A DNA stretch of 64,000 bases, from the NCBI GenBank assembly GCA_036785375.1, contig JAWMAR010000033.1:10292001-10356000 (forward strand). Reading direction: 5' to 3'. Source of the DNA: Leucoraja ocellata. Lineage: Eukaryota. The notes under the pieces were generated by a model. That model was given only the letters and a program-made list of their open reading frames with translations, made no database searches and was not told the origin of the DNA. The translations under genes were made by a program, and so were the position numbers. Position 1 is the first letter of the stretch; every line of letters starts with the position of its first letter. Shown here piece after piece: positions 51,901 to 61,336 of the stretch.

Positions 51901-53701
51901 TTTCCCCTTACATTTGACCTCCCAAAGTGCAACACCTCACACTTGCTTGATAGAAACTGTCTGCCATTTCTGAACCCATTTCTGTAGCTAATCTATGTCC
52001 CATTGTGTACTTTGACAGCCTTCCTCACAAAGCCACAATCTTGGTATCATAAGAAACTTACTAACCAACCCGTCTATATTTACATCCAAATTATTTAGCA
52101 CAGATCTCTGCAGAACACCACTGGTCGCATACATCCAGCCTGAATGTTGTCCCTCCACCAAAACCCTCAGTCTTCTATAATTAAGCCGGTTCTGAATCCA
52201 TATGATCTAGTCATTATTTATCCCATGCATCTTAATCTTCTGGATCAACCAACAATGGGGGATTTTATCAAATTCCTTACTAAAATCCATGTAGGTAACA
52301 TCCACCGTCCTACCCTCATCGATCACCTTCACCACCTCTTCAAAATCCTCGATCAAATTGGTAAAACATGACCTGCCATGTGCAAAGCCGTGCTGGCTGT
52401 CCATAATTAACTTATTCTCATCCTATTGGGAGTGAATCCCATCCCAAAGTACCCTTTCCAATAGCTTCCCAACCACTAACGTGAGGCTCACTGGCCTATA
52501 AATCACTGGGTTCATTCTACTTCCCTTCTTAAATAGAGGAAGAACATTAGCTATTCTCCAGTCCTCCAGGACCTCGCCCGTGGTTAAAGAAGATGCAAAG
52601 ATGTTCATCAAGATTGCTTACCCAATCTTCTCACTTGCCTCCCTCAATAGCCCTCTCAAAATCCCATCAAGTCCTGAGGATTTATCCACCTTAATGCTCT
52701 CCAAGAGCCCCAACACCTCCTTCTTAATCTCAAATTAGTATTCTCAATTTGCACATTAGTATTTCCAGAGTTGATGAGGTTAGAAGATGGAACTTCTGTG
52801 TTGAACTTCAAGTCATTCCAACATTATTTGGAAATTCAGTATTTAATGCAGTTTAATTTATATTCATATCTTTGCACCTACCAGTAGAATCAAAATTGAT
52901 GAAATATGAGAACTCTTGCCCTAACTTCTCATCACTAGCAAAAGCACAAATGCATGCATAGAAGTGGATGCAATGTTTTGATGTCTCCTTTTTGTTGCTG
53001 CTGGATTTGCTGGCTTTGAAGGCCTGGCAAGAACAGTAGAACTTGTGCTCCATAACACCTTTAGTCCTAGTTTTCTCATGGAAGGAAACGTGCAGAAATC
53101 CTAAACTGTGCTTCTGGCTAGCTTTGCACTTCACCACCATGATAGTTTTAGTGATCCGCTGCACCAGGGGCCCACTCGATTCAGTCGCCAAGTTCCAGAT
53201 AGCCTGCTTTATTTCAGTGGTCACTTGAAGAGAGTTCAACACAGAGCTCTTAAGCGTATGTGGTGTGGCTTCCATATGACATTCGACGGAAAGCTTAATA
53301 TGCTGACATTGGTTCTCAGCACCTCCTTGAGAAGATACTTTGAAACACGTGGGGACCAAGCATCGGCCTGTTATATGGGTAATAATGGTTCCCTCCACTG
53401 TCTGAATTGCCTCAGTTGTGCCCAGTTCCACAAAGCCTCTGTAGTCAGGTCCTCGATCTCGAAGTCTCACTGAGTACACCTGCGAAGAAGATCCGGTGAC
53501 AATGCGGACAGCATCGACGCTGGGTTGTTGCTTTCGAGCTCCATCTCTGAAGACAGCACCACAACTTTTGTTCTTGCAGCTCAAACCACGAGTACCATTG
53601 AATGTGCCACACTTTGGGCACTTCTTAATTCCCCGTAAAGTAGGTTTGCCCAAATCAGCTAAAAAAGCCGGAGTTTTCATCTTGTCTGCATGTTGTTCCA
53701 T
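45945..53701 (-). CDS. C2orf42: C2orf42 homolog (uncharacterised Cys/His-rich, putative zinc-binding protein), 540 aa, 7 coding exons
   Basis: Exons 52882-53701, 51016-51132, 49784-49888, 48319-48426, 47897-47997, 46492-46654 and 45945-46153. Total 1623 nt, in phase. Signature sequences: [97 protein letters not shown]. Confidence 0.93.
51300..52740 (-). mobile_element. Degenerate CR1-type LINE ORF2/RT fragment with a nested Penelope GIY-YIG piece (about 51600-51770)
   Basis: Broken frames: [61 protein letters not shown] and DLGVQV. The nested piece reads [22 protein letters not shown]. Confidence 0.88.
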
Positions 53702-54510
53702 TTTTCTTATCAGATTAAAACCCTACAAGAGAACAGAGATTAAACTCGGCAAAGAAAACAAAGTAAGGCCTTAAAATAATTACACTGAAGCACACATATA
53801 AATCTGAAAACTGGCCTCCATCGACAATAAGAACTACAATGATGGGGTAGCTACCAGATACCAGGACAAGTTGATAATGGTTTAAAAAAACGTACATGTT
53901 GCTATTAAGTAGGAGGATGGTGATGCAAGAGTTCACACAATACATTACAGCTCATGTAGTTTCATGTAGCTACTATGTACGATACGATCTGCTTCATAGG
54001 GGCTAAGCGGCAGAATTCCTTCCCTAAACCACCTTGCCTTTTGTTTTATTTCTTAAATTGTTGCTTAAGACTTTTCGATCACTTGTCCAGATTTCTTCTC
54101 CTTGTGCTGTATCATTTTTAACATACTTTCTCCCGATTACTGACTGAATTATTGAATGAAACACCCTGGTGGTCTTGAAGGGTGCAATATAAATATGTTC
54201 CTTTTTCTTTCACCTCCTCCCATCCTTCCCCTACAAACTGCATCCTGTAATATCACAGAAAATCTAATATTTTATTGCCTTTCAATTTCCAATCTTTTTA
54301 AAGTTAAACACCATGAAATGTGCATTAAAATAAAATCAGCTAATGTATCACATTTTCTTGTGTAAATATTTGTAATTAATATTGCTAAGCCCTGTCATAA
54401 AACTGCATTAGCAATGTGAAATACTGGTCTTCACCAGTAAGTTGTATTAAGCACAACAGTGTAGCAACTCCAGCACTTCATAAAAAACATTTACTCAATA
54501 ATGATGAGCA

Positions 54511-54990
54511 ACACCTAACATACTCTGTAATATTTTTATTTCTCTAGTCTCCCTCTCTTCTGCTTCAGTCTGAAGAAGGGTCTCGACCTGAACCATCACC
54601 CATTCCTTCTCTCCACAGACCCACTGAGTAACTCCAGCAGTTTGTGTATGGCTGCTTTGATTTGTCGTTTACACACCTAACATGCTCTTAGTGCCATTTA
54701 TGTGTCACTAGTCTCCCTCTCCTGTGATTCACAGTCTGAAAAAGAGTCTGGAGCCGAATCATCAGCTCTCCACAGATGCTGCCTGACCCACTGAGTAACT
54801 CCAGCAGTTTGTGTCTGTCTGTTTTGATCTGTCGTTTTCACACCTTACATACTCTATGTACTATTTTGGTGTCTCTAGTCTCCCTCTTCTGTGATTCACA
54901 GTCTGCAGAAGAGTCTGGAGATAAACCAACACATTCCTTCTCTCCACAGATGCTGCCTGACCCACTGAGTAACTCCAGCACTTTTGTGTC
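54511..54990 (+). repeat. Three tandem units of about 165 bp of Penelope-derived repeat with decayed hammerhead cores
   Basis: Units start near 54511, 54673 and 54840 and share acacctaacat..ctagtctccctct..agtctgaaga..cccactgagtaactccagca. Confidence 0.75.
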
Positions 54991-55224
54991 GAGCTGCTGT
55001 TGAGTGAGTGACCCGCCTCCGTCGGGTTGTGATTGGCCCGGAGCCCGGGCGGGACCGGGAAGGCCGCGATCTGATTGGTGATCCCGGTTGTCAATCATCC
55101 CCGGGGGGGTGGGGTGTGGGTGCGCACCCCCAGCAGAGCCGGCGACAGCAGCTTTGATGGCGGCGCCGTGTCACTCGGGCCGTCGTCTGCCAACACAATG
55201 ACATGTAGAATAAAGTACACGTAC

Positions 55225-55385
55225 CTTGCTGTGGAGGTGGTTTAGCCTTCCCTCCCCCTTCTCTTCCATGTAAACGCCCGGTCAGGGCCGGGCTCCCCTC
55301 AGACGCGCCGCCATTTCGCCTTACAAACCCGCTCGGCGCTGCGCTGTAACGACAGCGGCGATTGGCTGCCCGTGGTCACATGGGC
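55225..55385 (-). promoter_or_regulatory. C2orf42 first exon and core promoter in a CpG island
   Basis: Donor AAG|GTACGT at 55225/55224, YY1-type GCCGCCATTT at 55307-55316, CCAAT (ATTGG on +) at 55361, and E-box GTCACATG near 55375. High CpG density from 55000 to 55400. Confidence 0.7.
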
Positions 55386-55402
55386 TCAGCCCGGCCCGCA
55401 AC

Positions 55403-56357
55403 GCCTTCTGGGACATGTAGTCCTCATCTCTGTTGGTCTCAGCCCGCCCCAGTGCCTTCTGGGACATGTAGTCCTCACATCTGTTGGTCTCAGCCCGCCC
55501 CCCCAGTGCCTTCTGGGACATGTAGTCCTCATCTCTGGTTACACAGAAAAGCTGGAGAAACTCAGCGGGTGCAGCAGCATCTATGGAGCGAAGGAAATAG
55601 GCAACGTTTCGGGCCGAAACCCTTCTTCAGAGGTGATAGTCCTCATCTCTGTTGGTCTCAGCCCGCCCCCCAGTGCCTTCTGGGACATGTAGTCCTCATC
55701 TCTGTTGGTCTGAGTTCAGCGGAGATACAGGTGAACCTTTGTCGCACCTGGAACGACTGCTTGGGTCCTTGAATGGAGTCGAGGGGGGAGGCGAAGGGAC
55801 AGGTGTTGCATCGTTTCGCCGAACACCTCCGCTCAGTCCGCAAGAACCTATCTGAACTCCCGGTACATTGTTGAGTAGTGTGACAGCCACAGGGAAGAAG
55901 CTGTTCCTGGACCTGCTGCTGCGGCAACAGAGAGACCTGTAGGAGGGTAAACAGTCCATGGTTCAGGTGAGAGCAGTCATTGGCGATGCTGAGCGCCCTT
56001 CGCAGACAACGCTTGCTTTGGACAGACTCAATGGAGGGGAGCAAGGAACTGGTGATGCGTTGGGCAATTTTCACCACTCTCTGCAGTGCTTTCCGGTCGG
56101 AGACAGAGCAGTTGCCATGCCATACTGTGATACAGTTGGTAAGGATGCTCTCGATGGTGCAGCAGCAGAAGTTCACCAGAATCTGAGGAGACAGACGGAC
56201 CTTCTTCAGTCTCCTCAGGAAGAAGAGACGCTGGTAGGCCTTCTTGACCAGAGTTGAGGTATTGTGGGTCCAAGAGAGGTAATCGGAGATGTTGACCCCC
56301 GATGATGACCTCTCAGTCCGCCCCCCCTCCCCCCCAGTGCCTTCTGGGACATGTAGT
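55403..56357 (-). promoter_or_regulatory. Tandem 51-54 bp repeat, each unit carrying a ZNF143/THAP11-type ACTACAnnTCCCAG motif plus a GC box, interrupted by TE insertions
   Basis: ACTACATGTCCCAGAAGGC (minus strand) at 55403-55421, 55454-55472, 55508-55526, 55675-55693 and 56339-56357. Confidence 0.75.
55712..56305 (-). mobile_element. Composite insertion: Rex1/Babar RT C-terminal fragment (about 55860-56300) joined to a Penelope GIY-YIG fragment (about 55712-55850)
   Basis: ORF 55658-56416 reads GVNISDYLSWTHNTSTLVKKAYQRLFFLRRLKK..TIESILTNCITVWHG..RKALQRVVK, then RCNTCPFASPLDSIQGPKQSFQVRQRFTC. Confidence 0.85.
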
Positions 56358-56405
56358 CCCCATCTCTGTTGGATCCAGTGAAGATCCCACACCCTGGTTC
56401 TCCCA

Positions 56406-56641
56406 ACTAGTTTCACTGTTCATAAGATAAACATTGTCCGTAATAGTAGGTCTATCTTCGGTGAAAACCAGCATCTGCAGTTCCTCCCGACACACTACTC
56501 GTTTCACTGTCCGTAAAAGACACGGTCCATAAGATCGTTTATCTTCGGTGTAAACCAGCATCTGCAGTTCCTCCCTACACACCACTAGTTTTACTATCCA
56601 TAAGATAGACACTGTCCATAAGATAGTCTATCTTTGGTGTA
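56406..56641 (+). repeat. About 2.7 tandem copies of an ~88-bp unit
   Basis: Units start near 56406, 56494 and 56584: acta..tttcactg..cataagata..tatcttcggtg..aaaccagcatctgcagttcctccc. Confidence 0.7.
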
Positions 56642-57045
56642 GAGGTCCTTCTCAGATGTACAGGGCCCTTGTGAGACCACACCTGGAGTATTGTGTGCAG
56701 TTTTGGTCTTCAAATTTGAAGGACATTCTTGCTATTGAGGGAGTGCAGCGTAGGTTCACAAGGTTAATTCCCGGGATGGCGGGACTGTCATATGTTGATA
56801 GAATGGAGCGGCTGGGCTTGTATACTCTGGAATTTAGAAAGATGAAAGTTTCTTATTGAAACATTAAGGGTTTGGACACGTTAGTGGCAGGAAACATATT
56901 CCCAATGTTGAGGGAGTCCAGAACCAGGGGCCACTGTTTAAGAATAAGGGGTAAGCCATTTAGAATGGAGATGAGGAAACACCTTTTCACAGAGTTGTGA
57001 GTCTGGAATTCTCTGCCTCAGAGGGTGGTTCTCTGGATGCTTTCA
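56642..57045 (+). mobile_element. CR1-type LINE 3' fragment
   Basis: [47 protein letters not shown]. Confidence 0.88.
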
Positions 57046-58159
57046 AGTGAGGCAGCATCTGTGGAGGAAGATGGACAGTATGATGAAGGGCCCCAACCCA
57101 AAGCAGGGCTTGTTTTGTTTTCCTCCACAGATATTGCCTGACTTGCCGATTTCTTTCAGCTTTTATCTTTTGAATAAAATTTCAGAGTAATAAGAGGTAG
57201 CAGATATAGGCACCTTCTGCAGTGCAGCCACTGAAACATTTTATTTTACACTCAAGTCCAAAGCCAGCGGTGACTGGGGGCAATATGACTGTGCCTCCAA
57301 AGTTAAGGTGGCTGAGGAATAGGGCTTGCAACCATTCAACACAGCTGTGCATCCCACAAAGGAGTCCTTGTGTGCTTTTTAGCTGGAAAAATGGGTTGGA
57401 AAGGACAGCTGCCTCAGTGAGCATAACTTAAGTTTTGCTGCACTTAGTTTAAAAATATATTTCTAGCACTCCAGCCCTATTTAAAGACTGTGACTCTAGC
57501 TATGTATGTCCTTCCACTTCAAAGATTTTAACATTTGTAAGGCTCAAGATAATTTTTCCAATTAGCCAGTAAAACTCTGTGACATGAAAATAACATTGTT
57601 TCAGAGATTCGAGAAACATTGCTATAATTCATTCCAATTTATGCTATGTAATTCATACCATAACTCTACCATTAGAATTCTTTGTTGACATCATATAGTC
57701 AAAACTGATCCACATCAACATGTCCACAAAAGCAAAAGGTGGTGCATTTGAGAATGCGTTTGTATTAAAATATATTGTTATCAATTGTACTCATCCATAT
57801 ATTTATCAATCCTTGCTATATTGAATCTGATTCAATATTGTTTGGCATAATACTGTGGATTGAGAGCAAAGGTAACTGGAATATCCCTGGATTGAAGGAA
57901 CTGTCTCTGTGAAAGGTACTACATTAATGCAGGCTGAAAGCATTCTCATCTGAGTAATAATTACAACAAAACGGTTGCTGTTGACTAGTGTGTAATGCAC
58001 TTTGCTGTTGTCAAGACAGTGTTAATTTGCATTCACTTCTTATATCAAACCCATGACCATTTTAGCTACAATCAAGTACGTTTGGATTATTAAAGATAGA
58101 CACGGTCAAATAGAAATCTATTGTAGCCAATAAACAGAATGATATATACAGTTCAATAC

Positions 58160-61100
58160 GATGGCCCAATGGCCGTTTTATTTATTGACCATTAATAACT
58201 GCTACATTTTTAATACCAACAAGGCCGTGCAGTTAACAAACCCAAATGCAAGTCAATTGGTCCTTCACAAACCTAGTTCATGTGATTTTTGCCTGGAATA
58301 GATATCCCCTGAGGTGAAGTTTTTATTTTAATGCTGATGTAGTTTAAACAGAATCCCTTTGTGGCCTGTTTAGCCTGCATTTATTCTCAACTTCGATCTG
58401 ATAACCCGCTTACCCATCTGCTGCTCATTCCACCGTGTCTGTAGCTACACGTTAGTCTGTCACCCATTCCAATGATAACCAGGGAAGCTGCTGGACACAA
58501 ATATTCTACAATTCTCACCGCCCCACCCCCCTCCCAGAATACAGCATTAAATCTGCAAAAGGCGCAGACAAAAAAAAAGTCCCATCCCATGATCAGTACC
58601 ACTTCCTGCATTCCTTGGCAGATGGGACCATTGCAAGTGGAGAGAAAAAGGGGGGGGGGGGGGGGGGGGCGGGCATGTGGGCTGAGGAAGGACCTGAATG
58701 AGCACATGAAATTGAAAAATTTCTAACACGTTGGAAAGATCTTTGTTCGATTTGTTTCAACTGCTTCAACATTCAATTAACTTTAATACAGGTAAAGACA
58801 GAAGTAGTTAAAAGTTCCACATCAAAAATTTAACCAAATGAAAGCATAGGATTAACAGAATTTGACTTTGTATTTTTCAAGTGCCAGCCCTTGTATGTTA
58901 ACAAAAACGAATACAGTTTCCAGCGCTTTCTAAATTAGGATTTTAAAAATAAAATGATCCAGCAGTTCTGTATGGTTAATCTGCAGTGTATCACACCACT
59001 CCAACAACAATTTACTTGAACTCCTGGGGCTGTGCCAACAAGCTTTGCATTTTGATAACTAAATGCTATATTAGAAAAAAAACTTGCAATTCCAACAGAT
59101 TTAAAAAATCATTAACACATTTAAAGGTACATACAATTATTCTGGCAAAAATTTGCAAACATATCATCTTGGGGCATGTCACTGACAGCCCAGTTACTAT
59201 TTCTGTCCAACCAATACACAGGCAAGTTGTTATGTGAACATATTTTAAAGAGGAAACATTTTCACATTCGATTTAATGCGGCAACCATTTGTATTCTACC
59301 GACGAGGATCAGAATTACCAGATCCTGTATGTACACTGCACCAACCAGCCATGTACCAATTGATTTATTGACAAGTCAGTTGTCTCTAGTTTCATCAATT
59401 AGAATGTTCACATCAGTAGAATTGGCACAGCCTTATTTGATCCAGAAGCCCAGGCAAACGTGACAATCACATTAAGACGATATTGAAGAAAGCTTGTGAG
59501 GTTGGCAGTCTCTCAGTTTGGTGACTGCAGAAAATTTCAACTGGAAGGCCTTCCAGGACATTGTGCTGCCTGGGAGACAATTGGTGGAAAACACACATTT
59601 TCCCCCGGAAACCTAGGAAAGAGCATTTAAAAACCAATGTACAACTGATATGCAATAAAATACATTTACAGTACCTCTTATGCATATGTAATCAATATTG
59701 CGACCATAGTTGATCATTTACACTAGAATATACTACATTCTGAACACCCTCCGAAGAGACACGTCAAGAGATTTTATCTTTTTAAAAATTACTTATTTTT
59801 TTCTGAGGTGCTTCAAATAGTGACTTAGCCAAGAACCGACAAAACATATCAACTGTGGCAGATGGGCTTGTTGCATGGTGTGGGCATCCCTGCCCATGGA
59901 ACAGAACCCACAACTACCAGGTGAAGAAGCCAGTGGTGCAATTGCCATACTGGCATATCACTGACAATATTTAAATTTGACCTCCCACAACAACATTCCC
60001 CCCACCCTCACCCCCTTCCCCTTCTCTCCCAATTACCATTCATGTGCAATGGTTTTTAGGGGAAGATGCAGAACGAACTCCAGTAATAAAATGTAGCCTC
60101 AAGACACTGCAGCGACAACTGCCTGAAGTGTTTGCAACATGCCAGTCGTCACGCACGACAGTGAAATGATTCCTACTGTCAGCCTCTTGAAATCAGTAAA
60201 AACACACCAAGAGAAAACAAAAGTAGAATTGCCATGTGTTAACGGTGGAGGTTGTGAATATTTTAATCTACATGGGGGGGGGGGAAACTGGTAACAACCA
60301 CATTTCTGAGTGCACCAGGATTTTCCTCGTCCTGGTTCCCTGTGCACCCGCCACCTTCAATCAAACACAACTTGGCAGAAATGGTGCTAGTTTTATTTTA
60401 CCAATGGCTGCAATATTTTAAAAAAAAATGAACGTGTATTATTTAAAAATGGAAACTCATATTCAGATTTTGGGAGTGAGCCGATATGCTCGCCTTCACA
60501 TCTGGAAATTTCAGTTTTAACCAACGCCTGAGGAAAATGCCATGCAGTGTCAAGTGTAACACTGTGGTTATTTGCACTGTTGAGATCAGGGAATAATGTT
60601 CCCAGAAGATGGATATTAGAGCAGCCCATATCCAGGTCAATACCCAGAAGTGCTTTCGCTATCTCACCACTATGTTTTATACTTGGTTTCTTTAATTAAA
60701 TGATTAAAACACTACTTCAAAATAACAAAAGAACACATAAATAAACATCTCACTATAGTATTTCATTGCTTTAAACTATGCTGTGTACATGCTGAGAGCT
60801 CAAGGGACTCTAGTTGTTCATGTTCTGATGGATCATAATATCTTTGAACACCTCCTACATTTACAAAGTATGGCCTTGTACAATAAAAATGTGGAAAATA
60901 GGATTATTTAATTTTACAGTTTGAAATCAAATTTGTGGAATGCAAAACTAATCTGCCCAGTGTCTGTATAGAAACACAGCATCTAATATTATGCAATTTA
61001 TCTGCCTCATTTTATAAAAGTGGCAGCATTATGTAGAAATCCCTGCTTTTATGTATTCATTCCGATGGCTATAGGAAATAGATTGTAATTTTTTTTTTTT

Positions 61101-61336
61101 TAAACACTGGACACAAAAATTGGCAGGCATCCAGCATCTTTAGACAGAAGCTCGATTGAGACAGATTTCCATGATTTCTAAAAATGAATTACTTTCCTTT
61201 TAAAATAAATACAATGCAGTTGACATCTTTCATTGATCTGGCTTTGAAAAAAAATTATTTAAGTAAACAAAGGCTTGACGTGTCCGCTGTGGCAGGAAAC
61301 CACTGGCTAAAGGTAGGAAGAGAGAGTCCTTTCTGC
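58160..61336 (-). other. Long AU-rich 3' UTR of TIA1 with several poly(A) signals
   Basis: Follows the stop at 61337. Minus-strand AATAAA at 60392-60397, 58380-58385, 58322-58327, 58177-58186 (overlapping pair) and 57240-57245. No recognisable TE fragments. Confidence 0.65.

Noticed and set aside
55403-55710. CRISPR-like regularly spaced repeats
   Set aside because: The intervening sequences are also repeated, so there are no unique spacers. There are no cas genes and the context is vertebrate.
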